Made by a program: the position numbers and the translations under genes. 64,000 nt of DNA, taken from positions 1-64,000 of the forward strand of contig CAJFCJ010000019.1 of assembly GCA_904063045.1 (NCBI GenBank), read 5' to 3'. Below are positions 1 to 14,403 of this stretch, piece by piece (position 1 is the stretch's first letter; each line of letters begins with the position of its first letter). The notes below the pieces were generated by a model that did no database searches, had not been told where the DNA came from, and worked only from the letters and a program-made list of their open reading frames with translations. Source of the DNA: Dimorphilus gyrociliatus (lineage: Eukaryota > Animalia > Annelida).

Positions 1-18
1 AGTAAAATTTGTACTTAC

Positions 19-455
19 AATCCATGCTGGTTTGAAGTGGAACTTGTATGGCTCTTGGTTAAGTTCGAAGGAATTACCGCCCAATACTGAGGTAGTAACG
101 TTACCAACCAAACATTCGTCGAAAGTCGGCGTCGATTGATATTGCTTGACACATATTTGGAAGAAAGTTTCACATTCGGCTCTATTAGAGTTTCCTTCTC
201 CACTACAACTTAAGTTTGAAGCTGTTCTACCTTTATGGTTAGAGAAGGAGTCGATTTTTACTTCAAAATCGAGGTCGCATATCTAATTGAAAAAGTTTGA
301 AGAGTGATGAAGCAAATGATAATTTATCGTCAAGATTTTTCTCTTTAACAATACAAAACATTTTTAGCCTATTAAAAAGCAATAAGAGGCCAACTTACCA
401 CAGAAGAGATGAGGGTCGATAAAAAGACGAAGAGTGAACACTTCGACTTTATCAT
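19..455 (-). CDS. Delta/Serrate-family Notch ligand, first two coding exons (455-399, 282-19); the gene continues off the left edge
   Basis: Exon 1 MIKSKCSLFVFLSTLISSV (signal peptide) ends at a gtaagt donor. Exon 2 follows ttttcaattag and reads ICDLDFEVKIDSFSNHKGRTASNLSCSG..AECETFFQICVKQYQSTPTFDECLVGNVTTSVLGGNSFELNQEPYKFHFKPAWI, then gtaagt. This matches the MNNL/C2 domain of DSL ligands (C.TFF.VC.K.YQ...TPVLG.NSF...F.F.W), and both introns are phase 0. Delta versus Jagged cannot be decided without the DSL/EGF part. Confidence 0.88.
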
Positions 456-660
456 TTCGAATGACGATTATTTTTAAGCAGGCACCTGGGAGATGGACAG
501 CTGTTCAATTCGCATAAAAATATTTCATTATCCGTTATCCGAAAAACAAGTGTTGAGAATTTCAAAACAGGTGATTAGATTCTCTCCTCTTCTTATTCTT
601 TTCTTCTAGAGTGTAAATAAAAAACTCTTGAATATTTTTGATTCTTAGCAGAGAGACGTG

Positions 661-679
661 TATATATATATATATATAT
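661..679. repeat. (TA)n microsatellite
   Basis: Directly visible dinucleotide run. Confidence 0.9.
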
Positions 680-3600
680 CGGCGTAGTAAGGTATATATA
701 TATATAAATATAATTTTCTCGTAGAAAGAGGTCTTGAAAAAGCGTATAAAAGTTTCTATAATGCCGTAAGTTCGAGCACGTTCCACCCGGCGTTTAAAGA
801 TGAATAGTATCTCGCCAGACGGCACGCGCCTCTTTTATACTCCAGCGATAGATGGAGAATAATCGACACGCGCCAAGGCGGTGATTGGTTAGGGCGTTAC
901 TAGGGAACGGCTTTCGACCAATCAGATCATTTAATTTTTGTCTTATTCGCCGGGGCTCCAGTCGTTTGACCACCGGCTATTCTACTACGCTATTTACTAT
1001 CACTACTACTATACGGAGAGTTCTAGTATGAGAAGCAGCTGTTGCGGTTTTTCAGCGAAAGTGAACGTGCAGACAATCCAGATACGGAGAAAAGAAGACA
1101 AACTTAAGGATTAAAAGGGATCTTAGTGCTTTGAACCCAGCATCTCATGACTATTTAAATAAAATTAATTGATTATGACATATACATATCATTTATAACT
1201 TTCCAGTTCATTATTGAAATTGAAAATAAATTATTCCAAATGTAAAGTCCTTAATTAACAATATGCAAATATATTCATAAATAATATTTATATTACTATT
1301 ATTATTCATCGTTTTTGTTTTTCTTTTCTAAAAGACAAAAAAACCAATTGAAAGGATACTTTATAAATTTTTTGAACAATAAAATACAAAAGTAAATTAT
1401 GAAATCATCAATGGATTTTCGTCTTCAAAACCCATTGAATAATGAAGGATTAATATGAAATTTTGTTCGTTATCTCTTTTAATACTAAACATATGGTGCT
1501 TAACCTGCCTCCGTAAACGCGGAGGCGAACTGCTTATTCATAAAACACCTGTAGCTGTTTAATACATAAACATAATATGAATAATTTTTGTATATTATAT
1601 CCAGTATATGTATACTTTATAGCTTGTGAAATCAGTTAATAAGTAAAGATTTCCTTTATTCTTTTTACCCCTCTTAAAGATATTCGTTGTTTTTTATCTA
1701 TTCCCCTCTTATTACCAGACGTTGAGGAGACAAGACACAGATAGGCGTTTAACGCCGATAAAACAAAGAGCTTATCTAGGTTATTGACAGATGTAAATCT
1801 CGCATCTGCCACCGTTATCCGACTTCAAAAGATAGTCCGTCATTAACATTATAATAGAATTATACAGAAGATCCGAAGCTTTAAAGTTTACGATGTAGAT
1901 TTTAGAAAACAAAATAAAAACCATCTTTCTTTTTTTTTAAAAAAAAAAAGAGAGAAAGAAAGTTTCGTAACCTCCATTAAATTGGTTTTAATGAAAATTT
2001 CTTTTTTACCACAAATTTTCTACTTTGATTGACAGACACGACGTTTTCACTAAAGACCATAACGACTAATATAGTCACCTTTAATAATAATCATGAAAGG
2101 CACCACAGGCATTTTTTCGCGCCAAAAGTGTTCTACTATAAATTCTTGTCACCAATGATTAGTAGTCGAATGGGTCTAGGTGTTACAAATGGACTTTTAA
2201 AGTGTATTTATATAAGGTATACGGTTGTTTTCTATAAGTTAAACTTATGTGTGTATGTACTGTTGTATGTGTATAGATTCGTGCATAAACTTTTATACGG
2301 ATAAGGGGTTAAAAAAGACAGGGGGCCGAGTTAAAGCCTTTATATGTCAAACGCTCTGAGATGGACGTTTTGAATAGAAGAAGAATGATAGAAGACGCTG
2401 AGTGCTTGGGCAATTGTGAGCAGGTGTGCGAGCAGTCCGTGATTCTCGGATAATTCGTCAGTGGCGGGAGGTAGACGATATCGGGTTGACTGGAGCCGCC
2501 GCCGAAAGTCTTGTTTATCGAGAAGGACGAGCCAGATGAGCTTAATTGATGCATCAAAAGCGCCGCCGAAGGGATTGCCCCATTAGATCCGCCTTTAAAA
2601 GGAGCCAAGGCGCGTGCCTCGGCTTATACCAATATATTATCCATACAGAGTTTCTTGTCAGAACTTTTATCTCTCAATTCTTTTCTTCTCTTTTTCAAAA
2701 GATAGGACCCCTATTCAAAAATAAACTTGAACTTCTCTTCTTTTCCGTTTTTTCAAGTGTTTACACAATAGGTTGGATCCGGATAAATTTGTAAATAATT
2801 ATCATATCAGATACAGTTCAGAGCCGTTCTTTTTCTTGACAAACGAAGCATCCGACCAGTCATAACAAACCAATACGATAAGGGGCGTCCCGTCGACTGA
2901 CACGCCGCCTACAGATTACCCTCCAGCGTTATTTTTTTACGGCATCCCGATTTCGAATATAGATTATAGAATAACCTTGCAACCCGCTCTGTTGATTGTC
3001 GTCGAAATGAAGTAAAATATAGTATTGTCGACGAAAGAAAATGTCCCTATCAGCAAGACTGGCACGTGCGACTAATCGGCCGCCCTCTATAGATCAAAGG
3101 AAGCCAGAGGCGACAGACTTGGGCTTTGTTTCGATGTCATTAGCGCCTCAACTTTGATTAAAATAGCTTATTTTTAACATTGCAGACACATTGATTTTAA
3201 ACGCCTTCCGGTTGGCGACAAACCCGTTCGCGACTTAGCGAACAAATAGAGAAATTGGTAACTTCAATGCTAGCGACAGATGGTTGTAGAATTTTTCTTT
3301 CTGTTCAGTTTCGGCCTACAGACCCCAGCAGTCAAGACATTGTCTGACTCTTTTAGGTACTAGTTTATGGCCTTCCTTTATTTTATACATAAACGCATCT
3401 CGCGCCAGATTTTTATCGGTTCATTTGTCCGACAGGCCTGGGGACATATTGGTCGAACACCTGCGTCGAAAATTGTTCGGCCTAATTTGGTTGGGTCTGG
3501 GTGTCGACGTAGCCCCCTTCTCCACCATCATCCATTTAACCCCACCACCTACCTCTTTCTTTCAATTCATAAATCCCCACCCCCCCTCTTTCGACTCAAG

Positions 3601-5640
3601 AACTTTTTCGAAAGGTCCTAGATGCTTCGCCGACTACCCGCATTAAGTTTTCCTTTATTCCTTTTCTTCATACCCTCTTTTTATTCCAAATATTATTATC
3701 CTCTTTGGGTCCTTAGCCATCTCATTTACTTTTCTTATCCTGGCAACTCCTTAAGAAGGAAGCGAACGTTCAGGAGCGTAGTTGATGATCAGCCAGGGGA
3801 AGACCGGAAACTCTTTATAATGACCTACGCTCCGTAATAATTGCTCGTATAAACGATGGGTAGCATTGAAGGGGGGTCTAAGTGCTGGGAATCCGATTAA
3901 AAGTTGACGTCATCCGCCTTTCCCATTCGGCGTCATCGCCGTCCTGCCCCCAAACTCACTTGTAGCGCACTCGGCTTTTAGCCTTCCTACTATTCTATCA
4001 CGTGATGTCGAAGAACACCTGGCTTGCCTCGTGCTACTGTTTATTCAAGAATCTACGCGAATCTTATGTCGAGATAACCCGCACCCTTACACTCGCCACT
4101 AAGTCAACTAAATATTAGAAAAAAGGTCTACTTTTGGCGGGAAATTGGCACCTGCCGCGTGCCGCGGTATAGGCCAAATTGGCTCTTGACAAGGTCAACT
4201 TTATTATTGGATATGAAATGGAAATATATTCATTGATATTCACAGTTCATTTCGATTATAGTAGATTGTAAACTATTACATTTATAGGCCTACTACCACC
4301 CATCTCCCCAAATTGTGCTCCTCTTTCACCCCCTGCCCTTCGCCCATCGCCTAATCACTTTCGAATGCCAAACGCCGCTGGTTAATTGGTGTTTGCGTGC
4401 GTTACCGTTCCAATCTATTAAGTCAGAACATGGAAGAGTTAACCCTTATTCTTATTTCCTTCTAGACGCCACAATTGTTTACCTTAGCGAATAAATATTT
4501 GGTCTGTTGACGGAAACCGTCGAAACCCGACGTTTTCCCTCTTCAAAATCCTTTTTACATACACGAGAAGAGAGTCCGAGCTTTTTTTTTCTCCATTAAA
4601 TTTCCACCCACTAGTTCCTCCCCCTACCACCTATCGACCTTTTCTAGAAAAAGAAGGCGGACATGTAGAAAGCTGGCGAATTTTTCTACACCACTGCCCA
4701 TTTGATTGGCAAACGAGAAATAGGGGGGCTAGCGTCCGAGAAGCGTCCTAGAACAGGTGTTACAGGGATCGATTGCACCTGGCGCCCTTAGTTGGTCTTT
4801 TCTATTGAATCGTGCTTTGTCCACAGTGACCTTCTTTGTTTTGGGCCGTCCGATCGGCGTACGGCGGTCTTCTAGGGAGAAAGGTGATCGCGTCAAAAAA
4901 TTTACGGGCACCTGCTTCACATCTCGAGGGAACGACTAGAGCAAACTGGCAAACACGTGTCCAAAATCACTAAATTAACGCCAGATAGCACTCTAATTGC
5001 TCAGGCTCGTTCGAACATAGATTTTGCCCCGCCTTCCTCTTACTTCGTCTCCCTCCCCACTTCAATTTGATTATCTCTCAAGAATGGTAGGCCCTTATAG
5101 CCGTTGTTCGACAAAGGTATAACAGATAAGACGGCACGTGGCATTGTTTGCATAAGAGTTACGTTTATATTACATACGACCCTTACCGGCAGATTGTTTA
5201 TCAAAGTAATTCTCGAGTGCTGAATGTTGACCATCTAAGCACGTATCAATTCATTCTTCAATACGTCAACGTATATATTTGAATATTTATTTCTGTTCAA
5301 GAGACAATATTTGCAAACTCCTACAGAAAGAGAAATTGGCGGGGATTTTATTTGAAAGAGGGGACAATAAGAGTCAGCCGACGTCGAAAGTAAAAACGAA
5401 AGACAATTACAAATAACTACCGACAATGACAAAAGATGGCGCTCTCTCATAAAAAAAGAAAAAAAAATAAAACTTTTAACAACTAGGTTGCCCTCTATCG
5501 GTACGTAAACTTAATGTTATAACTCGATACGCAAATATTTGTAAAGTAGCAAGAGAAAAAAGCCCCAGTAAAAAGAAATATAACAACGATGGAAGCCGAT
5601 CGAATATTAAGTAAAAAAAATGATATTATATATTATGCTT

Positions 5641-5700
5641 TTCTCACGATAGCAAAGGAAATAGTCAATAATAGAAGCTTCTCTTGACTAAAGAATCTAC

Positions 5701-5733
<33 letters not shown>

Positions 5734-5969
5734 CAGAGAAAAAGAGAAAGAAAGAAATATATCCATGTAATAATCCTAACACTGAAACTATAGTTATTTT
5801 GAATCAATCATTACTTCAAGAGCATAATCGATTTAACTTATAACCGCCTACTATCAAAAAACATCACCTTATCAATGTGGGAAAGTGGCGATAAAAAAAA
5901 AAGATGAAATCGTACTAGGAAGAGATGATTTAATATTTACAATATATATTAACTAAGTATATGTATGTA

Positions 5970-6024
<55 letters not shown>

Positions 6025-7275
6025 TATTGAATTAATAAAAACTGAACATACCTTTTCCTCTCTATTGAATTGCAGTAATTAAGTGATAAAATTATCCGAA
6101 ATATGGGGAAATTATTGATATTTCTCTCTCTCTCTTTTCAAAAGTGAGAAATGTTGTGTTATAAACACAGAGAAACTTGTAAAAATTAAGAGAGAAAACC
6201 TCTCTCTCTCTATATATGTACAGTATATATATACACTTTTAGCGATAATGCTATTCCTCATGAGATTAAAAAGCCCGTTTAAAAATGTTTTTTGAAACTA
6301 TTTTAGTGTATTTTCCCACACTTGCTCAAGAATTATTAAAAAATGACATCATATAAAACTAGACAAGTGATTCATGGATTTGAATACATAAATAATCTGC
6401 TATAGTTAAGAACATAAGAGTAAATATAATGGCCTTTACTAGAGCCTTTTACTGTCTTCCCCCCTGCTCCCTCTCTTTATGTAAAATATGATTTTCTCAC
6501 GGACTGGCCTATTTGATCTTTTGACATAACTGAGTTGTATATATTATAAAAATGATAGAATCGTTTTTCTCACCATTCTTAGTTAACCCTCGTTTGACTC
6601 CTGCTCATGCGTGAAGGCTGATATGTTGTCTTCCTAAGAATTATTCTAGGGGTTGAAATGCTCAACACCGTAATAGAGAATTGAAAGAAATAGGCCTATT
6701 AAGAGAAAATTATTTTCCCATGACATTCCCTCTATATAAATATAAATATAAATATGTATATATGTATATATAACATATATAAATTTGCTTTCATTATCGT
6801 CTTACGCAATAATCTTATTTAAATATAATTTTCCAGGATGATGCTTAACTAATCGTTATCCTTATTAAGAGATAGAAGATTAACGGCTAATCGTATTTTT
6901 AAAAAAAACACAAATATCATAATCCACTATTAAAAAAACCACAAAAATGCGGAAAATATAAGACTCTATGTCTAAATATATATAAATATATACAGTATAT
7001 AGATATAAATATATTTATATTAGCGAAAATGCAGTTGTTCAAAAATTTTTCCCACGCTAAAACTTTTGAAATTTTTATCCGATAAATCATAACGACTTAA
7101 GAGATTTACAGCTGACGTAAAAGAAAAATATTGCAGTCGCCTATGGATTTGTTGAAATATTAACTACTATACATAATAAGCGTTAAGATAAGCCGCCTGA
7201 TTCATACTGCTTGAACGATACTTATCTGATAAAACGATGGGAACCAGAGACAATCGCACGCGACTATCGTGAGAA
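5641..7275. promoter_or_regulatory. Cluster of six CSL/Su(H)/RBPJ consensus sites (YGTGRGAA)
   Basis: Exact matches at 5641-5648(-), 5876-5883(+), 6313-6320(-), 6494-6501(-), 7049-7056(-) and 7268-7275(+). Another lies at 9063-9070. Confidence 0.6.
5973..6021. repeat. (TA)n microsatellite
   Basis: Directly visible dinucleotide run. Confidence 0.95.
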
Positions 7276-7919
7276 ATTAAATATTATATACATAGAGAAT
7301 ATATACAATATAATTATATATAGTATAGAAGATCTATATATTGCGGAGAATACTCTACTTTTCCTTCTATTTCGATAATGTACGTTTACAATATATGTCT
7401 GATTAGATATTACATGTAATATATTTCTTTAGATTACTTTTAATCTTGTCCATTAATTTTAAACAAATTGAATATTAAGACTATTTTACCACTGCAGTGA
7501 ATGTACTGCATAGTATACATGAGTAGCATACTCAACAAAGCTAAAGAAAATTGATCAGTTGCATACTTTTTATCATGCCAGCTGTTGCAAAATGCCTAGA
7601 GCGGAATACGTATACGTTTGTCAACCAAAACAGACAGCCGCAAAGGTTTGGGTTGCGGAAAAGTATCTCGTCTTAAATTGCGGTCGGATGGTAGAAAATT
7701 GTGCAGTGTAAATAAACTATTTTTGGATAGGAAATAGGGAAAAACTATAAAAATAATTAACAGCGTGCTCCTAGAAGAGAAATGATTGAGGAAGAGAGAT
7801 TTAGCAGAACGTAAAATTATTCAGAGACAAGAATAAAGAAGCGAGGAAATAGAGGGATGAATGAATTTCTATATGGATGAAAATCTTGAATAGCTGCATC
7901 GAGCACTAGAGCACTTTAT

Positions 7920-7923
<4 letters not shown>

Positions 7924-7962
<39 letters not shown>
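7924..7962. repeat. (TA)n microsatellite
   Basis: Directly visible dinucleotide run. Confidence 0.95.
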
Positions 7963-7966
<4 letters not shown>

Positions 7967-10900
7967 ACACGTGTACTATGTGCACATGTGTTGATATAAA
8001 TACACATACACATATATATATATATATATATATACTGTATACAGGCAGTTATATATATTTTATACATATACCTATATCACACATCCATACATCTATTCAC
8101 ACACCATAGATACGTCTATACAAAACGCTACATTTTCGTAAAATACATAAAAACAAAGTCAGAATTGAACTACTTGATATAGATTTTTCGCCATATTTCA
8201 TAAATCAGCCTATAGTTGTGCATAATTAATTAGGGGCATTAAAGTACAACCCCAATTAACAATAGAATTGTATAAAAAATACGAGAATACATTAAAAAAA
8301 ATCGTGCATGAACGGACTCACAAAGGGAATATTATCGACTATGCTACCCGTTCTATTGATCTTATGCACTTTAAACTTCTCTACCCTAGTACTTTGTGAA
8401 TCTCGACATTATGATCCATTGTTCTCAATTAACTGATGATAATTGTTTCTAGATTATATCGGGTTCATAATCGCTAATGAGGGACGCTTTAATGCCCCTA
8501 AGCCTAACTACAATAGTAATATCATTCTCTCGTTTTGTTTTACACGTACGTATGTACTAAAGCGTTGTTGATCGATATAGACGATATTATAATCCGAAGT
8601 CAGATTTGTTTCCCTCCGATCTATAAATCTGCAACTAAGGATTGCAAAGACGAAAAAGGGATAACAAAAGGTTGCAATGAATAGGATAAAAAATCGAGAG
8701 GAACGTTCCTGAAAGGTTTTAATTGCTTCTAATCAGATTACCTACCGCCCGTTACCTAGCAAGCCTTTTAGCAAATAACGACAAACTAAGTAGCTATAGA
8801 ATTTTTGTTTTTAAGACCGACTGCAACACACATTTTCCAACCGGCCGTTCCAAATGCCAACTGCAACCGTCTGCTCTATAAAACTATATTCTCCTTTTTC
8901 GCCCCCGCCTTGGCAACCCCTAGCTATTTTATCCTTCCTAGTAGTAGTTTTTATCACCCTTTACTCATTGGATAATTCGGAAAAGCGAGTAAATAAACCA
9001 CAGGCCGGAATGTACAAAAAAAAATGAGCCTATGACAAACAACTTTTTTGTTTGTTGAGTTCCGTGGGAATATTTTCCCGATTGTAATAAATAAAAAAAA
9101 ACTATTACAAACCTATGTATTGCAAAAATATTTCCTCTTTTTCCTCTTCAAGAAAACTACTCCTCTTAGTTTTCCTTAATATATTTCGTTACTGAACTTT
9201 CTTTTATTCCTTTAACTTCTTTCTTTCTTTTCCGTTTCTTCCTATCCTTCTTCTTCTTCTCCTTCTTCCTTCTCGCTTCTTTGCTTTGCTCGTTTGCTTG
9301 TCTATTATTTCTTGTGCACTTTTTCCACTCTAGTTTGTCGTTTCTAATGAGGGTTTAGGTTTAATATGGAGAAAAAGGTCCACCAAACAATGTTATATTT
9401 ACGAGATACACACTCGTAAAACTGGGATAACAAATTAAATACAATGTCTATTAATGCCTAAGTCTTCTTTTGACGGAAGAGAAGGAGTTCTCTATAGAAA
9501 GGCGGAAGATTTAAAAGTAGATTAAATGTTCTGGTACAATGATACACTGTTTCCTCTTCCTAGAGAAGAATGTATATTTAATCCGTCTCACGCTATGATT
9601 TGCAATGAACAGCGCGTCTACTCGACTACCGGTAGGCGGCGCTGCTTTACAGTAATTATCTTTTTTATCATACAATATCTCTTTCGATGTTTCATTACTA
9701 TTCATACGTTGGAAAACTTTAAATATTGGATTACGAAATCGACTCTTACAAGTAGTTACTGTTCAGGCATGCGCATACAGGCAATTATAAACCATGCTTC
9801 ATCAGCATTTTATTTTTATATGCTCATATATATATATATATATATATATATGCAATATATGTTCAGATACACTGTAAAACTGTTTCATGCATATACACGT
9901 GCATGTATGAGCTCGATGATCGATTTATCCTTCGAACCGGACGAGTTAATTAAGAAAACAATAAGGGAAAAAACCACCCTTTAAGACCGCCTGCTGAATT
10001 ACCTAGACAAATTTCGCGTTCGTATTAATTAAAAAGCTCGTTGAATTCGCTTTTTCATTAAATTTTAAGTTTCTATCCGGCAGCGTCCGGTAATTAATAA
10101 TTAAAATTGATTTATTAGTATAACCCTCAATTAGAGGAGAGTTACTTTTAAGACGATTACTGATTCTCCGCTAAACTACTGAGCTTATTGCGTGCATTTT
10201 TCATTGACGGAAACATTTTAGAACTAAAGGGAGCGAAAAAAAGCAAGAGAGAGAGAGAGAGAGATAGAGCGAAGCGAGTGCAAGTAAGAGAGAGCCTCGC
10301 CCCGGCCAGTTTACTTGGCAAACAAACGACGACAAACAACGACCATGTCATCGGTGTCCGTTTTTATTGACAATCCAACTATTCGATAAAATCCATAGAC
10401 AATCCTTTAGCAGGACCGAATGGAAATCTCTCTTGAATGTGAGATAGAAAGAAAAATGGTTAGCCGGAAGTTTTAAAGAATTTTAAAGCCGCAAAGAACC
10501 CCTACAGAGTTTACAAACATAACAACAAACAAATCAAACCCATTCCGTCCATTGACGTCAAACTCCGGCCCGTCTATAATTGTAAAATATATATAGATTT
10601 CACCTACAGCTAAAAAGAAATCCGTCTTGAATCCTACCACTGCTGTATAAACATATTAGAAAATATCCATAATCACGTGACAAACATCGTGAGCAAATAT
10701 ATATGTATATATATATATATATTCGAGGACAGACGGCTGTTCATAGACGGTTAAGAGATTAAAGAACGACACCTATCACGATCTTCCGTGTAACATGTTA
10801 AAGACTCGTGACAATTTATCTTCCTATCTTCGTTACTGGACAATTTTTCCCTGAACTTCCGGTTAAGGAAAAGTTTTAAAAATCTCATCTACCTATGTAA

Positions 10901-13900
10901 TATCTCCGCCCACACTGCCTAGGTAAAAAAAGAAAAAAGATTTTTTTTTATTTGCAGTTCGGACGGATTTTTTTTAATCAAACACAAATGTTTTCCACTG
11001 AGCTTCTTGCGTCATTGCAAGCAGGTATAAATCCTTGCTTTTTGTATATAAAGATTAGATATTTTCCAGACGCATTTTTTTTCCTTCCGCTAGGAATAAT
11101 CGAAATAATTCCACCCTCTTCTCCTACCACCCCTCTCATTTATTCATCTTTTTTACCTTTATCCCATTTTCTTTCTCTCCATCTAAATCTTTCCTTCCAT
11201 TCTTACTGTTTTCTTTGTTACAACGTGGCAAAATCTTCAAAGAGGATAGCTTTTAATAAACAAATAGGCAATCTATTTAACTATTTATGATAAGCTTATT
11301 CGACCCCGTAGGGCAAAATATACTATATAGCTTTTACATAGAGTAACGGAAGGGTAAGGGTGAAGCGGGACAGGTTTTTACGCCAAAAAAGGAACGCCAA
11401 GAGCAATAAAAGGATCGTTTTAAATAGAAGAAAAGAGTTTTTTCCCCCTTCCTCCCAATACCCCCTTCAACTTCCTTACCGTACATTAGAATTATCCGAT
11501 TAATTTTCAAGTCTCATAAAGGGAAAATATAATAAAAAATACATTATATGAATACGTTTTACATTCATATATAAATATTATACATAGCCCATAAATGAAT
11601 AAGGAATGTTAAGGATGAAACTTTTATTTACACATTTCGTTGGCGTCACGTAAAAAATCCATTGAGATTTTACAAATGAACCTATTAACAATCTTTAATT
11701 ATATACCACAAAATTGGCAATTTCAATGCCTATTAAAGGAGAAAAAGGGAATAAAATCAATGTCATAAAAATCGTATAGGATAATTAGTCGCAAACTTTT
11801 ATTCGTAAAGGTACAAAACGATTCCTCTTTCTGCGTAAATAGGGGATCCCTGATTCAATTCCAATACATCAAAGACCGCCCCTCTATGCTATTTATTTTC
11901 CTTTTCGAATTGCAGGCGTCCCACCGGTAATTGACTTATTCACCTTTTATTTGCAATGTATAATAATGATAATAATAATACTAATTTAAATAAATAATGA
12001 CAAAAGTATCTCCGACGAAAATCTCTCTTTTCCCGCATTCTAGAATATTTTATTTTCTCACCAGTTAAAGTGAAATAATTTACATTTTTTATTAAAAAAA
12101 TTCCTTATCTATTTATCTATTCAATTCTTTGGATTGTAAAAAAAAGAAGCGAAAAGTACGAAAATAGATAGATTTAATAATAAAAAAAATAACGATCGAT
12201 TCAAGTGCAAAATTCTTCTATATATATATATATATATATATATAATGTATACATTTCATTCTGAAATATCAATGAATTTTCTTCTCTACGTTATGATGTC
12301 TTCTTTCCCTCTCTCCTCCCCTTCCCTTAACCTTCTCTCTCTCTCTCTCTTCCTCTCCTGTTCTTTCTTTCTTATTATTACTCTGTACATTTGATAATTA
12401 TCGCTAGGCTTTTTTTTTGGCGGCTCAATCAAACAAATGATCAATCATTTCTACTTACTCTACCCCACCTTATCTATATACTTAAAGTATGCTAATAAAA
12501 GGTCCAAGACTAAGGTGGAAAAAAATGAAACATAAAAGGGACGTTAGACAAAATAGGAGGTAGGTTAAAATGAATGATGAAAAAAATTTATTGTTATCGG
12601 TCACGTCAAGGGTCTATCAAGATTCGCATGCAACATACTATTATGACTTTTATGGCCCTTTTTTCTAAGTTGTTGAAACGTTTAAAAGGTGGTAAAAGGA
12701 AGTGATCTGACAAGATGAAAATTAAAAGAAAATTTCTTAAGTATTGGTGTGAAAAATAACAGAGGGAAACTTGAAATATAGCTATATAGGTAGACGGCAA
12801 TAGGTTGTCATGTGCACCTGCTAATACTCTGGCTATTCTCTCTAACATTCCATTGCTCGCTAAACACGCGACGTCTATTGCCCTATTTTAAGCTATATAG
12901 CAACAAAACTCCCCTCTCCTCCCCCCCCCCGCTCACTCTGCTTGCCTAACCTACCCGCCTCTTTCTCTAAATTCCCGCCTTTAACCTTCCCCCTCTCCTT
13001 CTAGTATTTAATTCGCCTGTATAGCGTATTCGAATTAACCGTTTGGGGAAGTAAATATTGTAAGTTGTAGGTTACACGACCGATAGGACGCTATAGTTGA
13101 GACGTTTCATAATTTACATACCTACGTAATAAATTATATATACAGTAAATATATTTAGGCAACGATTCAATATAAATATGTGAACGGTAATTCAATATAC
13201 AAAAAAAATAAACCTCTATTGACGTGAATAAAAATATTTCGTTTAGCTGTTGAAAAATTGAGTAAGAGAGAAAGAAAAAGGCAGTGGCAGAGAAAAAAAA
13301 GACCAAAAGAAAGAAAGAAATATTGATAAACCCTTCAATGCAAACAAGGGTCCAAGGTTGTTTATTTTCTCTACGTCAAATATCGTGTATAATTAGGATG
13401 AAGAATGATGTTTTTAATAGATTATTTCCTTTAGTATTGTTTCTTTCCTTTCATCTCTTGAAGCTTTATAGCTTTGTTTCTTCAACCCTCTATATAATAG
13501 AGGTTGCCAAATTGATAAAAAAAGGCTCTTGTCTCATAAAACGTCGTAATTGAAACATTTTCATTCACCCTTATAATTCGATATAATTTATGGTATGCTT
13601 ACATTTCAAATAACCCTAATAGCCCTAATGACCTTTGACCCACTCTAACCTCCACAACATACGTGTATAAGACTACTACTCTGCAAGGCTAATTGCCCTT
13701 TTAATTATCCTAATTCTACTTTCTTGTTGTTAACGACCTGAAAAATCTATTATTTTCTCATTTTTCTCTTTCTACTTTATTATAGTCATAAATATCTTAA
13801 CAATTACAAATTGTAAAGTAAGAAAACGAGTGAAAGCAGTTAATTTATTTACGATAATCTTTAAATTATCTTCCTTTCGAATTTTCATTGAAAAAATAGG

Positions 13901-14341
13901 ACAATCTTATATTCAAGAGTTTTTTTGTTGTTGTCCTTCTCTACCGATAGATGGCGTATAAGTATGACTTAAAAAAAATCTTTTCCTTATCTATCAAGAA
14001 GCGGATGATAAAATAGAAGTGAGAAATTTTTATAAAATAAGCAAACAATAAAGCTATTAATCAATTTTAGATAGGTCAATAAATAGAACAAGTTAACAGT
14101 GGGAAAAGAAGGATAGCATAGATAAAGTATTAGAATAGAAAATTTAGAGGAAAGAAAAGAATATGAATGCAAAAATATGGTATATAATCAACGGTAAAGA
14201 ACTTGAAATCAATAAAAGTACAGTATTATGATGAATATAAAGCTAATTAATTAGATAAGATTATACTACTTTTCTGATTAAAGTTAATAAAGAATTTTTG
14301 TTTTAAATAATCAATCTTTTGTCTGTTAAACAGTATGTCTC

Positions 14342-14345
<4 letters not shown>

Positions 14346-14401
<56 letters not shown>
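14346..14401. repeat. Compound (TA)n(GA)n microsatellite
   Basis: Directly visible; the TA run switches to GA at about 14374. Confidence 0.95.
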
Positions 14402-14403
<2 letters not shown>

